This document shows, piece after piece, positions 1 to 8,640 of a stretch of 64,000 nucleotides of DNA. Source of the DNA: Candidatus Kaiserbacteria bacterium (lineage in GTDB: Bacteria; Patescibacteriota; Minisyncoccia; Phycocordibacterales; UBA2100); contig JACROD010000014.1 in NCBI GenBank assembly GCA_016214605.1, forward strand, positions 41,074 to 105,073. The letters run 5' to 3'. Position numbers and translations under genes: made by a program. How positions within the stretch are numbered: position 1 is the first letter of the stretch; every line of letters starts with the position of its first letter. The notes below the pieces were generated by a model, which ran no database searches, was not told where the DNA came from, and saw nothing but the letters and a program-made list of their open reading frames with translations.

Positions 1-732
1 CTCGTACAACGTCTCACCAAATACACCAAGGGCACTTGGTCGGGATTCATGAATCGTCCGACCAATGTCGACATGAACAAAAAACTCGTCGTCTTCTCGG
101 TCCGAGACATGGAAGACGACCTTAAGCCTGCCGCCATGTACATCATCACCCACCACATCTGGAACACAGTGCGCAAAGAACTCCGTAAGCGCCTTCTCGT
201 GATCGACGAAGCGTGGTGGATGATGCGTTCCGAAGACACCGCGTCGTTCCTCTTCTCGATCGCCAAGCGCGGGCGCAAATACTACCTCGGTATCTCGACC
301 ATCACCCAGGACGTCTCCGACTTCTTGAACTCTCCCTACGGCATCCCGATGATCACTAACTCGTCGATCCAGCTCTTGTTGCGCCAATCGCCGACATCGG
401 TCGATCTCGTGCAAAGCACATTCAAACTTTCTGACGAAGAGAAATATCTCTTACTCGAATCGGACGTAGGGGAAGGGATCTTCTTCGCAGGGCTCAAGCA
501 TGTGGCACTCAAGGTGATCGCCTCATATACCGAGGACCAAATCATCACCTCAGATCCTTCTCAGATCCTTGCCATCAAAAAAGCAAAGCAGCAGCTTGCC
601 GCCGTGAACGAGGGTGGCCCAGAAGCCGAAGTGGCCGCTGCTAATGTGGTCGCAGAGCACGCCACTCCGGGCGCTGACACCGCAGGGGTCGGCGCAAGCA
701 CGATCAACAGTGGTGCCTTGAGAGAGGTATGA
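1..732 (+). CDS. VirB4/TraC-like ATPase, C-terminal part (5' end outside window)
   Basis: Walker B LLVIDEAW, KRGRKY and ITQDVSDF motifs of VirB4-family ATPases conserved in CPR. Confidence 0.85.
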   Translation, partial: LVQRLTKYTKGTWSGFMNRPTNVDMNKKLVVFSVRDMEDDLKPAAMYIITHHIWNTVRKELRKRLLVIDEAWWMMRSEDTASFLFSIAKRGRKYYLGISTITQDVSDFLNSPYGIPMITNSSIQLLLRQSPTSVDLVQSTFKLSDEEKYLLLESDVGEGIFFAGLKHVALKVIASYTEDQIITSDPSQILAIKKAKQQLAAVNEGGPEAEVAAANVVAEHATPGADTAGVGASTINSGALREV

Positions 733-1079
733 CGAAAAGACGGATCAGTACATTGAGCGGTTTTCTGCTCTTTGCGTCCGCTCTCATTGTGGATGGGGTT
801 CAGGCATTGGTCGACCTCCTCGTCCTCATTCCCGGGATAGGTATCGTACTGGCTTTTGCTCTCGGCGTGGTCGTCGACGTATCTGCCTGTTTTCTCTTTG
901 GCTTCTGGTTCTCTCATTTGGGACTGCCCTTGCTGACGCGTTACCCACTTGGATTTCTCGGAACACTCGTCATTGAAAATATCCCCGGATTGAATTCACT
1001 CCCCACATGGACTCTTTTTGTGGCCAAGATCATTGCACAAGAGCGTATACGAGAGGGGACGTCTTCAGACGAGGTATAA
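729..1079 (+). CDS. Small membrane protein
   Basis: Hydrophobic helices, IENIPGLNSLPTWT motif; overlaps the ATPase stop (ATGA). Confidence 0.7.
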   Translation: MTKRRISTLSGFLLFASALIVDGVQALVDLLVLIPGIGIVLAFALGVVVDVSACFLFGFWFSHLGLPLLTRYPLGFLGTLVIENIPGLNSLPTWTLFVAKIIAQERIREGTSSDEV

Positions 1080-1087
1080 TACTGTGT

Positions 1088-2143
1088 ATGGCAATAGTGC
1101 AAAAACATTTTCTTTTCACATTGTTTTTGTTGGCACTTCTACTCACCGCGCCCATGGCGTATGCGCAGTCCGGAGCCATCTTCGTTAGTCCCAACCCTGA
1201 GGCAGTGGCGACCATTATCATGATTCCAAAAAATCCATCGCCCGGAGACACCGTGCACCTTACCGTGACCGGCGGATCACTACTCGACCTCCAAAACAGC
1301 ACTATTACTTGGTTTCAAAATGGCAAGCTTATTTCTAAAGGAGTCGGGTATGCGAGTCTCGACATTACCACTGGCACTCTTGGATCAGAGGATGACGTGA
1401 ATGTACAAGTTGACTCTCCGGACGGCGCGACGGCCGCGAGCTCGATCTCGATCATCCCGACACACGTCGACCTGCTCCTCGATTCCGATTCGTATATTCC
1501 GCCCTTCTACCGGGGCAGAGCACTGCCCTCCGCCGGTACTCACATGCAAGCGCAAGCGTTGGTATATTTCAAACGGAGCGACGGATCATTCATACCACCA
1601 AATTCGATCATATATACGTGGAAGGTGAATGGGCAGGTCATCGGAAATGTCTCAGGGAAAGGGAGGCAAACGGCAGTTCTTCCTGCACCGGTATTATTCG
1701 GGACCAGCAACGTCTCTATCGAGGCCGTATCGACCGATAATCTTTTTACTGGATCGGCATCTACCAATATCTCGTCTGTCGAACCTATTCTCATGCTTTA
1801 CGAAGACCATCCACTTTTCGGCATACTCTTTCATCGTGCCATGGGGCAAACGACCACTATTCCAGATTCTGAAATGACGTTTGCCGCAGTGCCTTATTTT
1901 ACTCAAGTGAAAAATCCCAACGACCCACAACTGCGCTATCATTGGATGGTAAACGGAAACCTTATCGTTGCCGACACTAACCATCCGAGTGAGATCGTTA
2001 TCAACGCCGACAAATCCAATGGGGAAGCCGCTATCACGCTTGCACTCAACCATGCGAGTAATTTTTTAATGAACGCAAAAGGAAGTTGGGACGTTATATT
2101 CAAGGTATTTGATCAAACAAACGCTTTTTTCTCTAATTTTTAA
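1088..2143 (+). CDS. Secreted Ig/PKD-like beta-sandwich protein
   Basis: Signal peptide, repeated Y-x-W-x-x-NG motifs; TATAAT 7 nt before ATG 1088. Confidence 0.7.
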   Translation: MAIVQKHFLFTLFLLALLLTAPMAYAQSGAIFVSPNPEAVATIIMIPKNPSPGDTVHLTVTGGSLLDLQNSTITWFQNGKLISKGVGYASLDITTGTLGSEDDVNVQVDSPDGATAASSISIIPTHVDLLLDSDSYIPPFYRGRALPSAGTHMQAQALVYFKRSDGSFIPPNSIIYTWKVNGQVIGNVSGKGRQTAVLPAPVLFGTSNVSIEAVSTDNLFTGSASTNISSVEPILMLYEDHPLFGILFHRAMGQTTTIPDSEMTFAAVPYFTQVKNPNDPQLRYHWMVNGNLIVADTNHPSEIVINADKSNGEAAITLALNHASNFLMNAKGSWDVIFKVFDQTNAFFSNF

Positions 2144-2149
2144 TCTCTT

Positions 2150-3397
2150 ATGCATGCCACACGACTTTTCCTACTCTATCTACTCGCTGTCGTTATCGTC
2201 ATAATCCTTGGCGGATTCGTTGGGTGGTACTTCTTTTTGCATATACCACAAACGAAAGAGGCTGTAGTCGACGCGGCACGAGGACTTAATTCTTCGATAA
2301 ACCCTTTCACGGGCGGAAGTACGCAGGACAATATTCGCGTAGAGGTCGCCGGCAACTCCACCAGCACGGCCGAAGTGCCGACATCTGCGCTATGGCAAGT
2401 AGATAAGACGCCCGTCGCTGGCATGAATTTTGTTAAACATGCGACTTCCACTTCTCTAGATTATATACAGCGCGCAAACGGATACGTCTTTCGGGCCGAT
2501 CCGAAAACAAAGACGGTCGTTCGCCTAACGGAAACCCTGACACCAAAGATTTATGAGGCCTTCGTGAGTTCCGACGGTGCCGTGATCGCCCGCTCTCTCG
2601 ATGATTCCGGGTCGATCACCACATTTATGGCGACCGTGGGAGCCACCACATCAAAAACAAGTACTTCTACCGAACAAAACACATTGAGAGGCTCTTATGT
2701 CGCCAAAAATATCTCTTCTGTGGTCCCAAGCCCTACGACACACTCCATCTTTTATACCATTCCCAATGACATTGGAGGGGTCGATGGATACACCGCCCTC
2801 TGGGACGGATCGAAACCAAAAAAGATCTTCATTTCGATCATTTCTCACTGGACACCTCTATGGCTTTCGGACGGACGCCTTATTATCACAGAAAACCCTG
2901 CCGATGATATGCCGGGCTATGCCTATAGTGTGAGTAACGATGGCACTATGACACTATTGGTCGGCAACGTCCCAGGACTCACATTCCTGCCACTCTCATC
3001 CTCAAAAGCGGTCATTTACGGAGCATCTGCAAACGGCGTACTTTCACTTTTTGCCCAAGGGGCTGCCAGCACTACCCCAAACACCCTCAATATTCAAACG
3101 GTCGCCGATAAATGCGTGTGGCTGGGAGGTAAAAGTCTCATCGCTTACTGCGCTGTTCCGACGACTCCTCCTACAGGAAAATTCCTTGATCAGTGGTACC
3201 GCGGAGTTATTCACACTTCTGATTCATGGTGGAAAGTAGACGTCCAAAACAGTGTTGCCCTAGAAATATATTCACCGAAGACGACGAATAACGTCGACCT
3301 CGACGTCGAACGCCCCACCATTGATCCGAGTGGAAATTATATTGCCTTTATCAACGCGTCCGACAAATCGCTTTGGATGCTTAATATACCCCAATAA
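2150..3397 (+). CDS. Membrane-anchored hypothetical protein (beta-propeller-like)
   Basis: Single N-terminal TM helix, beta-rich body, CPR-typical DKCVW...YCAVP. Confidence 0.7.
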   Translation: MHATRLFLLYLLAVVIVIILGGFVGWYFFLHIPQTKEAVVDAARGLNSSINPFTGGSTQDNIRVEVAGNSTSTAEVPTSALWQVDKTPVAGMNFVKHATSTSLDYIQRANGYVFRADPKTKTVVRLTETLTPKIYEAFVSSDGAVIARSLDDSGSITTFMATVGATTSKTSTSTEQNTLRGSYVAKNISSVVPSPTTHSIFYTIPNDIGGVDGYTALWDGSKPKKIFISIISHWTPLWLSDGRLIITENPADDMPGYAYSVSNDGTMTLLVGNVPGLTFLPLSSSKAVIYGASANGVLSLFAQGAASTTPNTLNIQTVADKCVWLGGKSLIAYCAVPTTPPTGKFLDQWYRGVIHTSDSWWKVDVQNSVALEIYSPKTTNNVDLDVERPTIDPSGNYIAFINASDKSLWMLNIPQ

Positions 3398-3400
3398 TCT

Positions 3401-3841
3401 ATGCGTTCAGTAATAAAAATAAAGTACTGTCTTCGTATTGGATTGTTCTTACTCAGTATTTTTGGGTTGTTTATTTTGACCGCCACACTGACCTTCGCAC
3501 AACAAACAACGGCCGGCACGTCAAACTTCGTACCCCTTGTCGATCTTCCATCGCAGTCGTCAAAGTTTGCTGGCTTTTATTCTGCGCAGAACCTCAGCGC
3601 ATTTCTCAACCGACTGTTCTTTTTTGCAATCTCGCTCGGTGGCATACTTGCGGTCGGACGACTGGTCTATGCAGGATGGCTTTACACGATGGGCGACATG
3701 GGGGGAAACATCAAAAAAGCGAAGGAGATCATCGGTAATGTTGTGATCGGCCTCCTTCTTCTTCTTTCAATCTGGCTGATCTTGAACCAAATAAATCCAG
3801 AGATCCTAAATCTGAGTATTTTACGTAATCTCGGCGGATGA
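3401..3841 (+). CDS. CPR pilin (TrbC/VirB2-like)
   Basis: Signal peptide then hydrophobic hairpin ...YAGWLY...KKAKEII.NVVIGLLLLL.IWLILNQINP. Confidence 0.75.
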   Translation: MRSVIKIKYCLRIGLFLLSIFGLFILTATLTFAQQTTAGTSNFVPLVDLPSQSSKFAGFYSAQNLSAFLNRLFFFAISLGGILAVGRLVYAGWLYTMGDMGGNIKKAKEIIGNVVIGLLLLLSIWLILNQINPEILNLSILRNLGG

Positions 3842-3945
3842 GCTGGTACCGCCACCGGCGGCGGCGCATCAGGCAGCTTTTAGTAGATATTTGGAGCAGG
3901 CTGGGCCAGCATCCGGACCATAAGATTGATCGTTGTAATATTGTC

Positions 3946-4416
3946 TTATGCGGCGTATTTGATCACAACCCGTCTATTGCGCCCCTCACCTTGTGACTCG
4001 GTCTTTATGTTCGAGGCTTCGGCGAGTGTTGTGTGTACGATAAGGCGCTCATAGGCGCTCATAGGGGACAACTCGACATCATACTGGAACGAACGGGCCC
4101 GCTCGGCCATTATCAAAGCCTTCGACTGAAGGTCTTTGATCTGTTTGGTCCGGTGGTCATTGACATCAACCAGGAATAGGGGCTCGTTGCGCGTGGCGCC
4201 CTCCTGTGAACCAGCTTGTTTTTCGGCAATCTTTTTTACCAAAGAGTCGATCGCGTGGATCGTCTCGCTGTGAAATCCTATGAGAGATGCGCCGGAATCT
4301 TTCGTCACAATCGAATAGATCGTCTGTCCAGCAAGTTCGGTTTCAGTGACATCACGGTAATCAATACCGGCGGCATTAAGCAGATTCTTGACGATATCAA
4401 CGACATTGAGACTCAT
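3946..4416 (-). CDS. jag: Jag/KhpB R3H-domain RNA-binding protein
   Basis: LSPMSAYERLIVH...TESQGEGRNRRVVI R3H motif; position after yidC. Confidence 0.9.
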   Translation of the reverse strand: MSLNVVDIVKNLLNAAGIDYRDVTETELAGQTIYSIVTKDSGASLIGFHSETIHAIDSLVKKIAEKQAGSQEGATRNEPLFLVDVNDHRTKQIKDLQSKALIMAERARSFQYDVELSPMSAYERLIVHTTLAEASNIKTESQGEGRNRRVVIKYAA

Positions 4417-5150
4417 TGAGCCTTTTTATCATAAAAACGTCTCCCAGCCAAGTATTCTTGCGCGATCATAAAAAGATTACTCGTCACATAGTAGAGCGGA
4501 GCGGCGGCGGCGACCACATAGACCACAAAACCAATAACAAGAGGGAGCATGTAGCGCACCTGGAGGTCGAAGCTTTTAGCCATATCGTTTGAAAGAGACT
4601 CTTCTACAGCTGTTTTACCTGCCCGCGGCCCCATAGAGAGGCGAGAATATATCATTTGGGTCGCTACCGTGAGTATGGCAAGCACTATATTGTGTTTTGC
4701 GCCCACATCTATGACGCCCAAGAACATCATATTGACTGTTTCCGGACGCGGCACAAAACTATACAAAACGGCCTCATTGAGGTGCGGGAGCCCACCCATG
4801 GCAAATATCCAGTAGAGGGCGATCAAAATGGGTAACTGGACCAACATAAGCCCAAGGCCGGCAAAAGGGTGTATATCGTGCTCTTTATAGAAGGCAAAAA
4901 CAGCTTGGGTCTGTTCTGGGGAATTCTTTTTATATTTTTTCTTCAGCTCTTCCACTGCAGGAACGGCTTTTTTCATTGCGATCTGGGATTGGATAGCGCG
5001 TTTTGAAAGAGGGTAAACGACCAATCGTACCAAAATCGTCAATAAGACGATCGCGATACCTACATCATGGCTGGGGATATGGTCGACCAAAAAAATAAGC
5101 CCGTTGTAGAGAGGGTTATAGACCACTGCATGGAAGGTGCTCGATATCAT
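4413..5150 (-). CDS. yidC: Membrane protein insertase YidC
   Basis: GIAIVLLTILVRLVVYPL, LVQLPILIALY; synteny. Confidence 0.93.
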   Translation of the reverse strand: MISSTFHAVVYNPLYNGLIFLVDHIPSHDVGIAIVLLTILVRLVVYPLSKRAIQSQIAMKKAVPAVEELKKKYKKNSPEQTQAVFAFYKEHDIHPFAGLGLMLVQLPILIALYWIFAMGGLPHLNEAVLYSFVPRPETVNMMFLGVIDVGAKHNIVLAILTVATQMIYSRLSMGPRAGKTAVEESLSNDMAKSFDLQVRYMLPLVIGFVVYVVAAAAPLYYVTSNLFMIAQEYLAGRRFYDKKAQ

Positions 5151-5186
5151 AAGGGAATTGTAGCCTGGAAAGGTGTTTATCAAAAG

Positions 5187-5528
5187 TTATTTTAAAATAC
5201 CATTTACCTTGAGTACCTGGGCCACATCTTCTGATAATTGCTCAAAAGTGGCTTTAGTACTCGATGAATTGGTATAAAAAGCCAGCGCCAGTGGTTGTTT
5301 GACCTGCGGCATGAGACCCTGCAAGACCGCTCGAAAACGACGCTTGATGAGATTGCGATCCACAGCCTTACGAGAGACTTTTTTGGAGACGATGCAGGCG
5401 GCTTTCGGGGGAGTGTCCACCGGAAGAGGAAAGATCGAAAGAGTAAAAAACACTCCGCGTACACGGCGTGTTTTTTGGCTTGAAAACAGCTTAAAATCGG
5501 CACGTGTGAGCCGAAATTTGGTAGGCAT
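5187..5528 (-). CDS. rnpA: Ribonuclease P protein component
   Basis: VSKKVSRKAVDRNLIKRR motif; start MPTKFRL. Confidence 0.93.
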   Translation of the reverse strand: MPTKFRLTRADFKLFSSQKTRRVRGVFFTLSIFPLPVDTPPKAACIVSKKVSRKAVDRNLIKRRFRAVLQGLMPQVKQPLALAFYTNSSSTKATFEQLSEDVAQVLKVNGILK

Positions 5529-5538
5529 TGGATGGCCG

Positions 5539-5673
5539 TTAGACAGTAAGTGCAGCGCGCCCCTTGCGGCGACGGCGAATAAGGACACGGGCGCCGGTCT
5601 TGGTAGCACTACGGACGAGAAATCCGTGTGTTTTGGCTCTTTTGCGCTTTTTTGGCTGGTATGTTCGCTTCAT
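5539..5673 (-). CDS. rpmH: 50S ribosomal protein L34 (missing from ORF track)
   Basis: Hand translation [44 protein letters not shown]. Confidence 0.97.
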   Translation of the reverse strand: MKRTYQPKKRKRAKTHGFLVRSATKTGARVLIRRRRKGRAALTV

Positions 5674-5708
5674 CGCGCCACTATAACCTTTCCACACCAA
5701 AACTCAAG

Positions 5709-5825
5709 GGCCACCAAATGAATTCGTTATTTTTTGTTCGAGGACCGAACCCGCAGGCTCGCGGAGCGGCCGTGAGGGCGCTCCGCGTTCCGCAGAACAA
5801 AAAATAACGAATTCATTTGGTGGCC
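5709..5825. repeat. Long inverted repeat / MITE-like element
   Basis: Perfect 31-bp arms 5709-5739 and 5795-5825, internal GC hairpin. Confidence 0.85.
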
Positions 5826-5831
5826 TAACCA

Positions 5832-5900
5832 CTATCCACACCTTATCCACACCTTGTGAACATGTGGAGAAGAATACGTCTATCTTCTACTGTGTGAATA
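5832..5900. promoter_or_regulatory. DnaA-box cluster upstream of dnaA (oriC part 1)
   Basis: CTATCCACA 5832-5840, TTATCCACA 5843-5851, further degenerate boxes. Confidence 0.75.
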
Positions 5901-5935
5901 CGAGCGTATAATGAAGCCGTTAGTCGCGTGCACCT

Positions 5936-7288
5936 ATGATGGCAAACAGAGAACTCTGGCAGAACGCACTCGTACAGATCGAGCTTGGCACCTCTGAGAC
6001 GAGTTTCCGCACTTGGTTCCGCAACACCGACATCGCAAACAGGGAGGGGGGTGTCGTGCATGTGGCCGTCCCTTCCAAGATCGTCAAAGAGTGGTTGATG
6101 GACAAACACAACAAACTCATCCTCAAAGCGCTTCGCGGCCTTGATCCGACCATTCGGACGGTTGAATACACCATCCACAAATCCATCGCCCCCGTTGCCG
6201 ACCGAAAGGCTCCCCGTCCACAAGTCTCCGACAACGCCTCTCTGGACCTCAACAGCCTCTACATCGATAAACGAGACAATCTCAACCCACGGTACACCTT
6301 TGAGACCTTCGTTGTGGGACCCTTTAATCAACTCGCTCACGCAGCAGCCAAAGCTGTCCTTGACCGGCCCGGCCTTAGCTATAATCCGCTTTTTATTTAC
6401 GGATCGACCGGCCACGGAAAGACCCATTTGATCCAAGCGGTGGGTAATTATTTCAAAAAAGCCCACGCCAACAAAAAAGTCCTTTATGTGACTTCTGAGC
6501 GCTTTGCTATCGACTACATAAATGCGGTGCGTTCCGGCCACGCGAACAATTTTAAAGACCAATATCGGCAATACGATGTATTGATTATGGATGACGTCCA
6601 ATTCATTGCGAACACAGAAAAGACCCAAGAGGAACTTTTTCACCTTTTTAATGCGCTTCGCGACAACAATAAACAGATCGTCTTCTCGTCAGATAGGCAC
6701 CCCTCCTTACTTAACGGTTTTGAAGATCGTCTCAAGGGGCGTTTTGCCGGCGGTATGATCGCCGAGATCCCTGAACCGGACATAGAATCCCGTACTGCGA
6801 TCATTCGAGCAAAGATAGAACAGCATGGATTTTCGATCCCTGAGGATATTATTACCTACATAGCGGAAAATGTTCGCGGCAACATCAGAGAGTTGGAAGG
6901 TGTTCTTAATATGATCGTTTGTCGATCCCAACTGAAAGGAAAAGTGATCTCTCACGCGGATGTGCGCGCCCTCATTAAACACAACACGAAACCATCGAAG
7001 GGTGTTTCTGTGGAGGAAGTTGTTCGGCGTATCGCGCACTATTATGATATTGCCGAGAAAAGCATCTATGAAAAGACACGAAAAAAGGAGGTGGTGCGGC
7101 CCCGACAGGTGATTATGTATATTTTGCGTGAAGAATTTAACATCTCATACCCTTCGATAGGGGAGAAACTCGGGGGACGGGATCATACAACCGTGATTCA
7201 TTCGTGTGAGAAGATAAAAGAAGAGATGAAGACTAATAACTCCCTTGAGGCCGAAGTGGAGCATGTTCGATCCCTTATTCAGGTATAA
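5936..7288 (+). CDS. dnaA: Chromosomal replication initiator DnaA
   Basis: YNPLFIYGSTGHGKTHL, DDVQF, GGRDHTTVIH. Confidence 0.99.
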   Translation: MMANRELWQNALVQIELGTSETSFRTWFRNTDIANREGGVVHVAVPSKIVKEWLMDKHNKLILKALRGLDPTIRTVEYTIHKSIAPVADRKAPRPQVSDNASLDLNSLYIDKRDNLNPRYTFETFVVGPFNQLAHAAAKAVLDRPGLSYNPLFIYGSTGHGKTHLIQAVGNYFKKAHANKKVLYVTSERFAIDYINAVRSGHANNFKDQYRQYDVLIMDDVQFIANTEKTQEELFHLFNALRDNNKQIVFSSDRHPSLLNGFEDRLKGRFAGGMIAEIPEPDIESRTAIIRAKIEQHGFSIPEDIITYIAENVRGNIRELEGVLNMIVCRSQLKGKVISHADVRALIKHNTKPSKGVSVEEVVRRIAHYYDIAEKSIYEKTRKKEVVRPRQVIMYILREEFNISYPSIGEKLGGRDHTTVIHSCEKIKEEMKTNNSLEAEVEHVRSLIQV

Positions 7289-7525
7289 ATTGTGGATAAT
7301 CATGTGTATATGTGTATGAATAGTACGTTGAAAAGAGGTGCGGAGAGTAGAGGATATAGACAAGTGCTTACCCATACACTTCTTATACCCACATTAAATC
7401 ACCATTACGCACAAAGTTTTCAACAATCGGACATATGGAATAAATCCTTTCTTTTCAACAAAAAATTCAGTTTTCCCCATTATCCACACCACTAATAGAG
7501 TTAGTAAGTTTTTAAAAATTTTTCT
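7289..7525. promoter_or_regulatory. AT-rich dnaA-dnaN intergenic origin region (oriC part 2)
   Basis: TGTGGATAA 7291-7299, TTATCCACA 7480-7488, two TTTTCAACA, AT-rich. Confidence 0.8.
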
Positions 7526-8629
7526 ATGAAGATCAGTACAAGAAAAGAATCGATTGTGCAGGCAGTACTTCTCTCTGAGAGAGTCACGGGGAAGAAGGAG
7601 TCTCTCCCTATTCTCTCCTGTATTCTGATCGATGCTCAAGAGAATGTGGTGGTGCGTGCGACCAATCTGGAGAGTGGTGTGGATGTGCGTGTACCGGCGG
7701 AGATCGAGGAGAAGGGCAGGGTGGCTGTCATGGCCTCAGTGCTCTCACAAACACTACGTTCTATAAATAGTGATACCGTTACTCTTAAGACCAATGACGA
7801 CGGTAATCTTGTTATTGAATCTCGCGGCACCAAGACGGTTATAAAAGCGATCCCTCATGATGAATTTCCGACACTTTCTCGCGATACTGGTGAAAAGAAA
7901 GGTGTAACGGTACTTCGTGACCGTTTTTTACGCGGTCTTCAGGCTGTTATCTATGCGGCCTCACCTTCCATGATCCGTCCGGAATTGGGGAGTGTGTATG
8001 TGTCTATAAAACAAGGAGTTATTGTGTGCGCAGCCACAGATTCATTTCGTTTGGCGGAAAAAACCATCCCTGGTGGGTCTAGGGAGGAGGTAGGGGACAT
8101 ACTAATACCACTCAAGCATGCACTCGAGCTCGTGCATATACTTGAGCGCCTCAATACAGAAAATATCGAGGTGCTCGTCGAAGAGACGGACCTCGATGTC
8201 CGGTCTGATAGTACACGATTTATTTCTCGTGTGGTTGATGGGACATTTCCCAACTACAAAGAGATTATTCCCAAAAAATTCACCACAGAAGCAACACTCC
8301 TCAAGAGTGACCTGTCGGAAATGCTCCGAAAGGCGCGTATATTTTCAGGCAACGACCAACATGTGGGACTCCATGTATATCCGGGGCGTAAGATATTTTC
8401 CGCCACAGCGCGCAGTAATGATGTGGGGGAAATGTCCGATTCTATAGATGCCGCTATCCAGGGAGAAGATATAGATATTAATTTTCACATCGGGTATCTC
8501 GGAGAGTGTCTCTCTTCAATCGAGTCGGACAGTATCACGCTTGGGTTTGGTGGTATCGGTAGGCCGATGGTGGTGCGCGGCGTGTCGGATGCCACATTCA
8601 CGTATTTGGTAATGCCGCTTAATCGCTAA
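7526..8629 (+). CDS. dnaN: DNA polymerase III beta clamp
   Basis: ATDSFRLAE, GTFPNYKEIIP, YLVMPL; follows dnaA. Confidence 0.98.
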   Translation: MKISTRKESIVQAVLLSERVTGKKESLPILSCILIDAQENVVVRATNLESGVDVRVPAEIEEKGRVAVMASVLSQTLRSINSDTVTLKTNDDGNLVIESRGTKTVIKAIPHDEFPTLSRDTGEKKGVTVLRDRFLRGLQAVIYAASPSMIRPELGSVYVSIKQGVIVCAATDSFRLAEKTIPGGSREEVGDILIPLKHALELVHILERLNTENIEVLVEETDLDVRSDSTRFISRVVDGTFPNYKEIIPKKFTTEATLLKSDLSEMLRKARIFSGNDQHVGLHVYPGRKIFSATARSNDVGEMSDSIDAAIQGEDIDINFHIGYLGECLSSIESDSITLGFGGIGRPMVVRGVSDATFTYLVMPLNR

Positions 8630-8640
8630 TCTCTCCTGGT

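Noticed and set aside
1-3841. Conjugative element suggested by VirB4-like ATPase and pilin
   Set aside because: No relaxase or integrase visible; such genes are common chromosomal CPR genes and sit next to the core oriC cluster.
5843-6643. Long antisense ORFs opposite dnaA (and similar ones opposite polA, pilB and the kinase)
   Set aside because: Shadow ORFs of well-supported genes with no recognisable motifs.
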